64,000 nucleotides of DNA from the NCBI RefSeq assembly GCF_023055435.1, contig NW_025964013.1, forward strand, positions 5,518,001-5,582,000. The letters are read 5' to 3'. Shown here one piece after another: positions 50,811 through 64,000 of this stretch; position 1 is the first letter of the stretch; each line of letters starts with the position of its first letter. The notes beneath the pieces are model-generated. The model was not told where the DNA came from, did no database searches, and was given only the letters and a program-made list of their open reading frames with translations. Position numbers and translations under genes: made by a program. The stretch is from Haliotis rufescens (taxonomy: Eukaryota).

Positions 50811-53800
50811 AACTTTTGAGACATGCATCTCTTCAGGCTTTCCTCCCACATAAAGCTGACACGCTGTGATATAAGTGGAATATTGTTAAAAGCGGCGTTA
50901 TACCCAACTCACTCACCATCTGGTCCTTCAGGAAAACGATTTTAAAATAGTTCCTTTGATGAATGTATACATCCAGCGTGCTTGCAGGATACGTCCGGCA
51001 ATTTCGGACAATACATGAAATAAGGAAAATACAACAAAGCCTTTCTTAGCCAGCAGAAACCGAATAAAAATTACTCATGCTGAAACACTACACACCGCCA
51101 CGATTGGTCAAACATTTGTTCATACAGAATGGCATGGTCCAAATCAATCTTCCAATGACAAATTGAGATAGTCCTGTCAAATCCTCTTGCAGCGCCTGGC
51201 CCAGTTCTGCTAACGTAGCGGATGGCCTTTGACATCGCCGCGAACGTCTCCGGATCATGTCCCAGGCATACTCTGTTTGGGAAAGGTGAGGACTCTGGCT
51301 GGCCATTGCATTCTGGTAATGTTTCGCTGCTTGAGGTACTCAGTTATTTGCGCCTTGTGCAGAGCCGATTGTTAACATTTTGTAACTGCCGAAACCTGTT
51401 CCAAATTCCAAGAAAAGAACTAACGTGTTGCTGTGGATAATAAAAGTTTACAATACCAATTGCTCAGAGCAATTGGACGATTTTCTCTTAAGTTTCAAAA
51501 TTAAGAATGACCACCTAACAGGGTGCACGGAGGAAGTGCATGGTCCATGTGTAATTTTATGATTTAGTTCCGAAACCGTCCTCTGGTAGTCGTTTTTCAA
51601 AGCCGATCTTTCTTCTGACGACCGATCATAAAAACAACACAGGCGCCGGGACCCCGTTAACAGGAAAAGTATACATATTACATACCAGAAACATAAGAAT
51701 TTACCTTATTTCTATTAATTGAAATAGGTGTTGAAATCATACCACGTTAGCATGTCGTCGCCATTGCCCCAAACTGCGCATCAACGTACTACGGTGAACA
51801 ACTGACTTCCCTTTGCATGTGTTTGTGACGGGTGCCACCGGTGGGGCAGGATACGCTTACCTTTTCGCGAACACCTGGTATCATTACTCTTTGATATTGA
51901 TTCATAAACACGTGCTCATGATACAGTCGAAATTCTACAATCGACTCTGCTTTATGCAGTGTTTTCTATTGGATATGGAAAGGGTTTTGTCGCTTTATTT
52001 TTATGAATATGGAAGGGGTTTTGTTGCTTATGTTTTATATGGCGACAAACAATTATAACCATTATAATATATTTAGTAAATAAGTAAACAAGCTTTGTGT
52101 AGTATAACACACATAATTTTTGTTACTCACTCACACAACCCCTTTACTATGAAAGTGACAAACCCTTTCCAAAATCATGTCAAAAATGAGTCCATTGTCT
52201 GATTCCGACTGTGCCTTGAGCATGTGTTTATGAAGCATAATCAAATTGTGAGGATACCAAGTGTTCGTGAAAAAGTGAGCGTGCACCGGTCACAAACACA
52301 AACATGGGCAAATCAATTGATCACGGAAAAATATCAGGCACCAATAATTAGTTCACAGGCTGTTTATTCAATCATAAACACGAAACACAATGTAGACAAC
52401 GAAACGAAATAAGTGACGTTCAGTGCAGTAATCTAATTTTATCAATTTATATAGCGCTGAAGTTTCTGAGTACCTGTTCACAGGCGCTTTTAGTTCCCCG
52501 ACCAGTGAATCCGTTTGTATTACCACCTCAGTGGTCTAGTGGTAGAGCGTTCGCCCGGAGAGCGCAAGCTCCGGGGATCGATCCCCGGCCTTGTCATATC
52601 GAATATACGTTCAAAGATGGTACTTGTTGTTACCCTGTCTGGGGCTCGGCATTAAGGGGCAAAAACAAGGACTGGTCTGTTCGAAGTCAGTATACTGTGT
52701 CTGAGTGGGATATTCATGTTAAACTGCGACATGGTATATCAGGGTGCTAGCTGTATAAAATCGGCATTTGTATATAAGTGCAATAATCTTGGACGCGACG
52801 TTACACCTCACATCCAGTTATCGTTCTCAACTCCCTGGGGAGTATGCACACCTGTGCAGTCAGTCGGGTGCTAGACATTTGCACTCAAATCACCATCTTT
52901 TGCCTGCGTGGACGCCTCGCCATCAACACCGTCACCACGTGACCATCATGTGACAGGAAGTTACTAAACGGTTTGATGTGAGGTTCCTATCAACAAAGTT
53001 AGGAACGTCATGATGACATTGCATCATCAACATAACTGCTGATTAATCAAACACGGCTTCACTTCCACAGCTAAATGTGCTCAGTGATGTGTGACATCAG
53101 GGGACATGTTGGATTCCAGAAGCGTAAGGCCATTTTGGATTACTGCTTGTTTAGCTGGACATTATCCAACATGAGATTGCAGATATTGTACTCATGTTGG
53201 GAATAGAACCCGGGCCGCGAACGCTTTAACCTCCAGGCTACCCCACCGGAAATCACGAAGCGAAGACAAAACACAAATTGCTGGAACATCAGTTTATTTG
53301 CATTTAGGTATAGGAAGGAGAAGAATCTATATCCAACTGATATGTAACATTTTGTGTACAACCGTGATAATTGATAATTGTGCATACTATTAATATTGAC
53401 AGTACCTTCGCAGAGAATCTTAAGTAAACTGTTACCAAGGGCAACTGATGCCCTGTTAACCATTGTAATCGATCTACCACACATAGGGGTTGAACTTGGA
53501 TTCCCCTCCATACCAAGACACTATTTCACCGAGTTCCGTATGCACTGCAGATGTTCCGACGTCCGCTAAAATATAAAAACAAAACTGTGTCTGAAATTAC
53601 GCTGGTGGTAAGTCATGGATTGTTGTATACCTACTTGATTGGGCACAAAGGGCCCATGTCGTGGCGTCAGGCAATAAATACTCACATTTCTATGCAAATT
53701 GTTTGAATGGCGGATGCTTACTCTTTTCGGGAACACCAGTGGTCATCCCTAATTTTCAATGGTTCATTCATATAATTTTCAAATGGAATCTGTTTCGTTG

Positions 53801-54066
53801 GTTATTCTCTTGCATTGACAATTTATATTTGTGAACTAATTGAATTACTCTATATGGGTATCAACATATTGGTGTTAAATTTACAAGTCGTTGTTTAACA
53901 TGGCGCTATTTCAGCTGTCTGAATTGTTTGAACTGATACACTGATGCAAGTATTGTTTAGATAATGTGTTGAAACAGAAACAGTTCTATCCAATTTACGA
54001 AAGGAATGTGTTTGCCAGCATCAAAATTATGAAAACATTTGCAATAAGGTCTGAGGCTTACCTGTA

Positions 54067-55611
54067 TTAACCTGAACAGCAGGTATACGAGCCCACATAC
54101 TCTGCAACTAGAAGATTGTCACATTTCGTCGCCAGCGTCCCAGTACCACACAGTGAAGCCACTAGGTCGCTGCGGACACATCGTTGTGTGCACCCAGTTA
54201 CTGAAATCAAGATAAAAAACAATTCATTTAACACCAGTATGCATTCAACATTCTCACTGTAAGACTTCTACCTCTCAAAGGAACACTTCTCTATTGTGAA
54301 ATACCTACAGGCCTACAATTCTAAATAAGTGTCATGAAACCAAAACTCAGTGTGATACCATGCATGTCCAAATGAGCTGCCATTTATAAGATTATATTTG
54401 AGATTATGACCTGTCTTATTGCACCACACCAAGGCTCTTAATATCATTACACGTGGAACAAATACTAGTGTATGGAAGACCGACCCAACACAAACGTCTC
54501 CACGTTTCTAAGGACTCAAACCATCTGACATAATGTCTACATGTACAGCATTGATATCAAGGGAAAGGAAAGGTTCATACAGAAGGTTTTATCCGCGACT
54601 GTCGGCATTGTTGATTCTGCTGGTGGTGGGGTCGGTGGTGCTGTGGTTGGTGGTGGGGTCGGTGGTGCTGTGGTCGGTGGTGGAGTCGGTGGTGCTGTGG
54701 TCGGTGGTGGGGTCGGTGGTGCTGTGGTCGGTGGTGGAGTCGGTGGTGCTGTGGTCGGTGGTGGGGTGGGTGGTGCTGTGGTCGGTGGTGGGGTCGGTGG
54801 TGCTGTGGTCGGTGGTGGGGTCGGTGGTGCTGTGGTCGGTGGTGGAGTCGGTGGTGCTGTGGTCGGTGGTGGAGTCGGTGGTGCTGTGGTCGGCGGTGGG
54901 GTCGGTGGTGCTGTGGTCGGTGCTGGTGGAGTCGGTGGTGCTGTGGTCGGTGGTGGGGTCGGTGGTGCTGTGGTCGGTGGTGGAGTCGGTGGTGCTGTGG
55001 TCGGTGGTGGGGTCGGTGGTGCTGTGGTCGGTGCTGGGGTCGGTGGTGCAGTGGTCGGTCGTGGTGGAGTCGGTGGTGCTGTGGTCGGTGGTGCTGGGGT
55101 CGGTGGTGCTGTGGTCGGAGGTGGTGGGGTCGGTGGTGCTGTGGTCGGATGTGCTGGGGTCGGTGATGCTGTGGTCCTTGATTTGGGTTTCCTTGATTTG
55201 GGTTTCCTTGATTTGCGTCTCCTTGATTTGGGTTTCCTTGATTTGGGATTCCTTGATTTGGGTTTCCTTGATTTGGGTTTCCTCGATTTTGGATTCCTTG
55301 ATTTGGGTTTCCTTGATTTGGGATTCCTTGATTCGGGATTCCTTGATTTGGGATTCCTTGATTTGGGTTTCCTTGATTTGGGTTTCCTTGATTTGGGATT
55401 CCTTGACCATGGTTTCCTTGGTCCTCGTGTCTGCTTCCCGGGGTTTCGGACTGGTGCGGGTCCTGACGCTTGGTTGACTTGACAGTAGTCAGAATAGTAC
55501 TGTTTAGCCAGGGTACACATCGTATTTGTCGACGTATGTCGGACGTCCATGCGAGTACGATAGTTGGACTGAGCACGCGAACAGCAGGAGAACAAGCACG
55601 AAGGACGCCAT
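54067..55611 (-). pseudogene. Secreted Pro/Thr-rich 6-Cys protein, copy C; frameshifted by an 11-nt deletion; exons 55611-54581 and 54200-54067
   Basis: gaagttaatat is missing at about 55520 relative to A and B, giving ...VDKYDVYPG-stop (TAA 55506-55504). The downstream frame is open, with 15 basic pentapeptides, 20 Pro/Thr units and an intact Cys exon. Confidence 0.75.
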
Positions 55612-56058
55612 CTTGGATCCAAAGAACAAGTGGTGATATTCTCCTGTCGACATTCTCTTTTATAGACGTGTCCTGAAACACATTTGTCTTATTGCTGACA
55701 CCGATACAAGTGATAGTCTCTAATCTGTCATTGAATGTATCTCACATGTCTTTAATATCAGAGAATTAGAATATTCGGTTACAGAGGTAACCTTCTCAAT
55801 GGCAAGCAGTCCAAACCCTTCCACAATGTCAGCTCAAACGCTAAAACCACATTTTGGGGGTAAGTTTTGACTTCGTCGAGCTGGCGGTTCATTTTATCCA
55901 CATAGTGTCATGTGACACCTGCCATACTCTACATTCATTTCAAATTAGCTGAATTTCATTTGAGTTACAGTTCAAACTAATATTTCCAATATGTAACTGA
56001 TTCTAACAAATAATGTGTATTTGAACACACACACACAGCAAAAAGAGGACATAAGATA

Positions 56059-57219
56059 AACTGAGCGGCAAAAGAAAGTATAGGTCGAGTTCCATGACCG
56101 ATAAAAAAATAACATGAAGAGGTTTTGTTGTGAATTATAATATAATCTAGGGAGGGGTAACAAATGATTGATCAACCACAGTTTGAATGAAATTGTGCAA
56201 TCACAGGTAATTTAAGTTCAAGTTAAACAATGGTGTGGTAAGAAATTTCATTTTCAAAAGTTGTCTGAAATGTCACCAAAAACTTCAATAGTGTGTATGA
56301 CCTCCAGCTGTCTCAATGCGTGCTGTGATACGCCGCCTCATCGATGACGTCAGTCTTCCGATGACGTGGACTGTAATCCGTTGCCACTCGTCTCTCAGGG
56401 CCTGCTGCAATTCTTGTCTGTTGACGGGAGGCTGATGGCGTGCTCTAATCTGTCTGTCAAGATGGTCCCACAGATGTTCAATAGGATTCATATCGGGTGA
56501 GTGGGAAGGCCGGGACAAAACGTCAGCGTTCTGCTGGTTTAGAAAGTTCCGAGTCAGTCTTGCAGTATGGGGCCTGGCATTGTCGTGTTGAAACAATGTC
56601 CCCTGCTGTTGGTTTTGTAAGAACGGAAGCACAACTGGTTGCAACACTTGGTCTCTGTACTGCACAGCGTTCAGGTTTCCCTGTATAATCACCAAATCAG
56701 TCTTCTGATCTCAACAAGTACCGCCCCACACCATGAAAACCTCCCCTGCCGAATGGATGGACCTCTCGAATACACGCCGGAGCCAAACGTTCCCCTTTGC
56801 GTCGTCAAACTCGTTCTCTGCCGACATTTCGAAACAAGTTAAACCGACTTTCATCAGTAAACAGCACCCGACGTCAATTTCTCACTTGCCAGCGTCGAAC
56901 CTGCCTCGCTCATCAGGCGTCGATATTCAGCAGTGAGTACCAATCCTCGGAACGAAGTTGTTGTAGTACTGTACGTTGGCTTATGGGATTTCCCAACGCT
57001 GCTGTCGCTGTCGCCGTCGCCGTTACGAATCTGTTTCGCAGGTGAATGAGCCGTATCTGACCGTCTTCCAGTGGTGTTGTCACTCGGGGTCGTCCGGTTC
57101 TAGGCCTGTCCTGTGTCCTCCCTGTCTGCCTGTACCGTTGAATCAGCCTGGCTACTGTCAGTGGTGTACAACAAAATCTTGGACCTGTGTTGCCCCAATT
57201 TTGGCCATACCGATGGCTC

Positions 57220-57274
<55 letters not shown>

Positions 57275-57559
57275 TCCTGTGACACTCGTGGTATTTCTTT
57301 TATGTGCTTTCGTCACGTGTGGTTATACCCTGCATTTATACAGCTAACATGCACGTGCAGTTTATGCCATAGGCGGGAAACCTGTTTCGCCATTTTATTG
57401 TCACCGCGAGAGCGCCGTCAAAGGTGGCGCTTACGGATGAGATGTTTTTTGGTACCCGTTCCTAGGCAGTCATATTCCCCATACCCACTTTCCACCAGTT
57501 ATCGCTGTTTTTAGGAAAATTACAAATTGCCAACCTATACTTTCTTTTGCCGCTTAGTT
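56059..57559 (-). mobile_element. Decayed Tc1 element, unit C copy (most complete catalytic region)
   Basis: TIRs; HDNARPH...SPDMNPIEHLWD retained; frameshifts upstream. Confidence 0.9.
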
Positions 57560-58937
57560 TACTTAAATGTTTCTAACAAATTGCATAGATCCAGATGAAC
57601 ACGCTGATACTGAGATGAATACATAACAGCTAACTGTTAAGGACGTGTAAAATCATTCTTTTATTCGGTTTCTAAACGCGGCACTCAATTTTATTTAGGA
57701 AACAGGAAAAATTCATTAAACTTAAATAAAATACTGCGTTGGTTCATAATTTTGAATTATGTTACAAGATTGAAAGTATTGAGGGAAATTAACCAAGAAA
57801 GACCGTCACCAATGTTCAGATACATACGTAAATTAGTAATATATAGTAGTTTGGATAAAACACTTTTATTGACGGGCGGGTTTAATGTGTTCTAATTTTC
57901 CTGTCAATGATCCAAGTCACTTATTTGAGATGACTTCATGATCAACTATACGATTAATCCCTGGTAGAATGTCAAAAACTGCAGCTTCAGCTCTTTCACA
58001 ATTTCCGAGGTACAATCGAGCATGCTCCTTGTACCAAGATTCCAAAGAGCCTGAGACGTTGTTTAATCAAGGTTACAGTAAGGCCTCGGTTAAGCTTTCA
58101 AAACGTTTTAGTGTTGACATGTAGGGGTCATTAGCAAATTCAGAAACAAAAATGGATGTCTGATCCAATTCTTTATTCTAACTATGGTTCGTGTTTTGTT
58201 CTTCTGGTTAACAACTGACTTGCTTTGGTATGTGTTTACGTCGGGTGCCACCGGTGAGGCAGGAAAGGCACACCTTTTGGAAAGTGATGCATAAACACAT
58301 GCTCATGATATAGTCGACATCGTATTATCCACTCTGACTTTGGCAGAGTTTTGATAAAAAATAGAAAGGGGTTTGTCACTTTCATTCCCGCCACTTTGAA
58401 CAGCATTTCATTTTTGTCACGGAAAGGCCTGCGTAATGTGGGAGAAATGCCTGAAGTAATGTAGGTCGTGGGCGTTCAGCATTTTAGTGGATTCCATGAG
58501 TACCGTTAGGCACTGGAGAACTTCCCTGGAGGGATACGACCCTGTAATGATCAGAAATGACTGAGGGATGCACCTGTTCACGCGATCTACCAATCAATAA
58601 GCGGGTATAGAGTTTCTTAATAATGAAAGGTTGTCCAGCCGAACACTGTCCATAGACCTAGTTTCCCTTTGCACTTAAGATTAAATAGTTTGTTATTTGT
58701 TTTCTATTTATAACTTATTCACTAATTAAGTACTGGGTAACTGATAGCGAGGTCGGGAGCGACATGACAATACTGGTGAGTGACACATTCATATGACTAA
58801 TCTTGTCATCTCATTCTCGCTCACAGAAACGCGCCGAAGCCAGGAAACGTCCAACCATGCTAAAGTAAGTTTATTTATTTAAAATCAGATTTGTTAAATC
58901 GCCAGTTTGTTCAATGTGTAATGAACCATCTGAAACA

Positions 58938-60500
58938 ATTACTCATGAAGTTAGGGGTCACATCATTTCGAGAGTATGAAAATGTCAATCATTGTGTACA
59001 CCCAGTTGGTTGTATTTTGAGAAATGTTTTGAAAAGAATTGATGATACGCGAATCAAATTGAAGGACCATGTGCAAATCATGGAGATTGAACGAGTTTGT
59101 GGGTGCATCAGGAGGTGCTTTGAGAAATGTCAAATTCAAACAAAAAATGACATCCATTGACGTCGATCATGGCTATCGAACACAACTTTTACTTATCCTT
59201 GTCTCATCAAATGCACGTGCATCATGTGCCGTTTTTGCTTAAATTCCGCCAACGATTCTGTACGAGTCACATGTTTCATCCGACTTGAATGTTGAACATG
59301 CCTCGACGTCAGCTAAGCCTTGTTGATCGTGGAAGAGCCATTGCATGGCTTCAGGACGGTCTCAGTCAGAGAAATGTTGCCCAGAGAATCAGTTGTAGCC
59401 AAAGTGTGATTGGTAAACTGTGGCAGAGATTTCAAATGACCAATTCCATTCAAAATCGCCCTCGTTCTGGAAGACCCAGGTCAACTTCACAACGTGAAGA
59501 CCGGTATGTCACAAACCTGGCATTGCGTCAACGAACTGTCACAGCAAGACATCTTAGAGATGCACTGCGCTTTGCAACAGGAACCCAAGTGTCTGACCAG
59601 ACAATCCGTAACCGACTACGGGCCAACAACATCCGGTCACGGCGCCAAGCAGTTCGGCCACCTCTTCTGCAACATCATCGTAGAGCACGTGCAGACTGGT
59701 GTAGACGTCACAGACGCTGGACACACCCTGAATGGCAGAGAGTGCTCTTCACAGACTAATCCCGGTTTGCACTGCAGTTCAACGATGCCAGAATTCGTGT
59801 CCACGTCGTCCTGGGGAACGGTTGCCGACGTCAACGTCAGACAACGTCACAGATATGGTGGAGGCTCAGTGATGGTGTGGGCTGGAATTTCTGTTCACCA
59901 CAGGACATCTCTTTACGTCGTTCAGGGTAATCTGACAGGAATCCGGTATAGGGACGAGATTATTCAACCCCTTGTTCTTCCTGCACTTCGTCAAATTGGA
60001 CGTGGCGCCATTTTGCAGGACGACAATGCCAGACCTCATCGGGCTCGGGTGGTAGCTGATTTCTTGGCACAAAACGGTGTGCAACGAATGGATTGGCCAG
60101 CGTACTCACCAGATTTGGCACCGATTGAACACGCCTGGGACGACTGTGGTAGACGTGTCGCAAACAATCAACGGCAACCTGTAAATCTGCAAGAACTGAC
60201 ACAATTCCTTCAAGCAGAGTGGCAGGCTATCCCCCAACAGTTCTTTCGACGCTTAATTGACAGTATGCGACAACAAGGGGCGGTTTTACTCGCTATTGAC
60301 ATGGCATGACGTGTGTTTTTGACCCCCTGTTATTCACAAGTGGTGGGCCGTTTGTACCGATGTCGCCACTGTTGAATGATTTTGCCGCTCTTGTTCAGCA
60401 GTGATTGGCAACTGTTACTGTGTCTTTTATTTACACCAGCATATGAAATCTGAAATTTTACAGACAATAAATTATTTGACCCTTAACTTCTTTTGAGTAG
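58938..60500 (+). mobile_element. Tc1/mariner element with a disrupted transposase (59298-60309)
   Basis: HTH N-terminus MPRRQLS..; VLFTD-stop (TAA for GAA); frameshift; QDDNARPH..SPDLAPIEHAWD; degenerate TIRs tactcatgaagttagggg / cccttaacttcttttgagtag. Confidence 0.88.
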
Positions 60501-61530
60501 TATATTATGTGAATGTCACTATGTTGCAGATATATGGACGAAACTTTCAGATTGGCCTGGAAACTACACAGTTAATTTTAGTAATAAACACAAACTGTTT
60601 GGATTGAAAGAGAAGAATAACAATTCACGCAATGTAGATATTATGGTAACAAAATCTCTGCTGTACACATTTAATAGAAAAAAAAGTTAAACCAATCTTC
60701 TCACTAATTCAAAACGAAAATCGTAGATATTGTGAAATTACAAAACATGTTGCATATTCAAATTGTAATGATGCAAGTATCCATGGCGTTGTATTGTTTA
60801 CAAAACCCGTATAACTGTGAAATATGATTAGTCCATGCTACAAACATGCACATGTCACAATTACTCCATGCACACTCTATGTATGACATTGACATGTACG
60901 ATTTGATGGGAAATGAAATATGGAATAAAAAGAAAATGAGATAAATGATAAAGTATGTGATGCCAGGATTAGGCAATCCGCGTTCTCGTAAATCCACGTA
61001 GTTATTACTGCGTTACGTTCATGTTGGTGTGTCATGTCATTGATTAAGTAGCGCAAAATTACAATATAAAACGCCAAAGCCAGAGAATAAAAAGACTCGA
61101 TTATCCGGCGAAACAGATTCCATTAGGCGGAAAAGACCAAATAACGGTGAAAACACTGTTTATTCTCTAGCGTTATTATCATTGCTATTTTGCAGACTTC
61201 AATCAATGAAATTAACTATAAGTGAATCGACATCAGTGAAACATGCAGAGGAAGCTTCCTTCACATCGTCATGTACATCACTATCATTAATAGAATTGGT
61301 AAATGCAACATCATTCGAAAACAATTTTCTTAAAGTCATCTTTGGGCATGTATTATGTATTTGACCAAGTTCTAATGTTCGTAATTATCTCAAATATAAA
61401 TTATTTAGAAGGGCAGTGGACAGTCACTGGGTTTTTAGCCACATACGCGTAACAGATTTATACTTTCTGCAGATTGCTTTGTATTCATTTTTCTCTTTGC
61501 AACAAATATTTCTGTATGAATCAGTACGTT

Positions 61531-62291
61531 ATACCCCCATTCCACTAAGCCGCGCTCTGTGACGCTCTTACAAATCGCCATAGATCGCCATTTAGAGCGC
61601 TAAGATCTCCAAAAGCGTTAAAGGATCGCTGTCTGATCTCCATGATCGTCAAGGTCGCCGTCTGTCGACGTCCCTGCACAAAGACCTGTGGCGCTCTGCC
61701 CAGAATGCCGTCAGATCGTTTCTTGATCGCCCATATCGCCATCGGAGCGCTACGTGATCGCCAAGGTCGTATTTAGAGCGCTATCGTATCACCTTATAGC
61801 GCCGCCGGTCGCCACGAAAGACTGGGACCTACCCCTCTTCTACCAAGCGTAGATCTGATGAGCGCCTCAGAACGCTACGGATCGGACCCAAAATTCGGCG
61901 ATCAGGTCGCAATAGGATCCCATAGAGCGAATGGATCTCCATAGGACGCTAGATCGCTCTCGGATTGGAGTAGAGTGCATTAGATCGCCATCGGAGCGTA
62001 AATAGAGCGCCATCGGAGCGCTACGTGATCGCCAAGGTCGTAACCAGAGCGCTATCGTATCACCTTAGAGCGCCGCCGATCGCCACGAAAGACTGGGACC
62101 TACCACTTTGCTACCAAGCGATATGACGCTAGATCGCTCTCGGACTGAGTAGAGTGCATTAGATTGCCATCGGAGCGTAAATAGAGCGCCATTGGATCGC
62201 ATCCTGATCACCTTGGATCGCAAAAGGAGCGGGAACTGATCGTGCAAGATCGCCACATTTTGAGTTGTTTGGTTACGAGCAATGGGGGTAT
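61531..62291. mobile_element. Non-autonomous DNA-transposon-like element rich in GATC/AGCGCT
   Basis: 11-bp TIR atacccccatt / aatgggggtat; GC-rich interior with internal duplications. Confidence 0.65.
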
Positions 62292-62885
62292 TCAGTGCTG
62301 TCAATGTTTTTCGAACACTTCGTCTAACAATCGTACATTCGACATTAAATATGCTTCATTATTTTGGTCAGTCACACGTCTTGTTCCGTCTTTCATATTA
62401 TCTGTATAATCTAAACAAACAAGGAGCGAGCTTGCTCAGAAGTATTTTATTAGATGACAACATCACGGTCCCCTATATTCAACATGTTAATATATTGACG
62501 TTTCATGCCAAGACGATGGGCACGGATAACGTCAGCTGGTTGGCACGTTTCACACGTTACATGTTCCTGACAAAGTTACGTAACCTATTCCTTGCAGGGT
62601 TGCCGTCCTTGCCAATGAGTTCATCTGATGAAGGTTCGACCTGAAATAGCCTTGACGCATCTTTACAAAGAATAAAAATGTTGTAAGGTCTACATGTTCT
62701 TTATCCGAAACAGCATCAATATATATCAGCGTACAGCAGCCAAAGAAATAATTCTTCTCAGTTTATCTTATCATGTATTTACTATTCAGTTGAAAATATA
62801 GGGATATTTTATCCAAAATATTAACTGTAATTACGCTCAGTCAGCACTCAGAATATTTCTACATGATATTATTCTAAAAGATATA

Positions 62886-63049
62886 GGGGCGGTCGGGTAG
62901 CCTAGTGGTTAAAGCGTTGGCTCGTCACGCCGAAGACCCGGGTTCGATTCCCGACATGGGTTCAATGTGTGAAGCCCATTTCTGGTGTCCCCCGCCGTGA
63001 TACTGATGGAATATTGCTAAAAGCGGCGTAAAACCATACTCACTCACTC
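62886..63049 (+). mobile_element. Full-length SINE family A
   Basis: Near-identical to 30478-30642. Confidence 0.9.
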
Positions 63050-63783
63050 GCTTAAAAATATAACTTGATTAACATCTTTCAAAAATTATAAATAATCACA
63101 ACTGCTGATGACAGTTTATTTTTGAATAAAATTACTCAGCCACAGTTTACTTATTTGGAAATGTTGCAGGAATGAGTGATAGTTTAATAGAAATAATCAA
63201 ATCTAACAATAGTTTGGTTTAATTTTTAATTACATAAAAAAGAAACTCGGTATACTTTCGTCTGCCCCTCAATAAAGTTGAATTTCATATCACCGACATG
63301 AGGTCTGAGACTGCAGGTTGTCAGAGGAGGTAGCAATCACATTATGTTTCAAAACTGTTGTTGCTAATTCCGATTTGACGTCACGAAACCCATTCACTGT
63401 AGCGTTCCTTACTTCTTCTAGGTTAGAGGTTAGTTTCAAGATCATTCGAACACAAAGATCTGTGTGATGAAACCCACGGGCAGGGCGTTCACGTGCAACC
63501 AAAATAACCCAATGCATGGACAAACGTAGTTTACAATCCAATGCCGTGACGTTTCATGACACACACATGAGGATAATTATTTTGGCAAATACTGATCAAA
63601 ATTATTTTTCCCTGCTGTGCCCTCGGATAGGTTAAAGAGGCGATTCTCGCTCCATACACATTAATCAATATCATGTTTTAGTCAGGAGTACGATCACATT
63701 GCTATTTTCATTCTTAGCGTCGGCAGAGTAGTGTATGTTTACTGACTCGGCGTATATTTTAAACAAAACATTCCACGGCATAA

Positions 63784-63991
63784 ATGGTGTTATCACAGCC
63801 AAGGGTACGTCATGTGTGCTCAAACTTAACAGTAAGGCTTCTGACGAGTCAGAGTCAACAACTTGAAGGAACTATTCTCAGACCTTCCTCTGATTCCAGT
63901 TCAACTCGGCGTTGTGTGTTCAAGAACAGGGCACTGATGACCATGTTGATTCTGGCAGCTGTGTCCATGACAGCAACCCTAGTCCTCCTTA
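63784..63991 (+). CDS. Probable coding exon of a type II membrane protein (gene continues beyond the window)
   Basis: Open frame from ATG 63784 ending RRCVFKNRALMTMLILAAVSMTATLVLL (basic residues, then a hydrophobic helix), followed by the consensus donor A|GTAAGT at 63992. The true 5' boundary is uncertain. Confidence 0.5.
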
Positions 63992-64000
63992 GTAAGTATG

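Larger units (their letters stand above)
50524..58913 (+). repeat. Tandem triplication, unit C
   Basis: Same left junction as unit B; runs into unique sequence after gccagtttgttca at 58913. Confidence 0.92.

Noticed and set aside
50489-50869. 126-aa ORF as a fourth membrane paralog
   Set aside because: It has a non-ATG start, spans the duplication junction, covers only the last helices and then frameshifts into a SINE.
62615-62650. Hammerhead-like core CTGATGA-AGGT-TCG-ACCT-GAAA
   Set aside because: The core and stem II are present, but I could not form stems I and III with an NUH cleavage triplet. At best it is a decayed Penelope-type remnant; an Infernal search with hammerhead models would decide.

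Overview
Eukaryotic, intron-containing, repeat-rich DNA. It is probably molluscan (gastropod/abalone-like), an inference from the SINE families only. Host genes: (1) three paralogous multi-pass membrane-protein genes of the TspO-like 'PAGxTFxIWGxIY' type, each with a 103-nt first coding exon and a phase-1 intron. (2) A tandem triplication (about 33.6-58.9 kb) in which each unit carries a minus-strand gene for a modular secreted protein: signal peptide, 2-Cys loop, cationic (K/N)PKSR repeats, mucin-like PTTAPPTPP repeats, and a 6-Cys C-terminal domain ending CCSG-stop. That last domain sits in a second exon missing from the ORF track. Two copies are intact, the third is frameshifted, and the middle unit looks like an unequal-crossover chimera. 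(3) The probable start of a type II membrane protein at the right edge. The rest comprises Tc1/mariner elements, a full-length decayed LINE with TSD and a 2A-like motif, an RNase H-bearing LINE fragment, four SINE-like families, MITE-like elements and four minisatellites. No true tRNA, rRNA or CRISPR array is supported.
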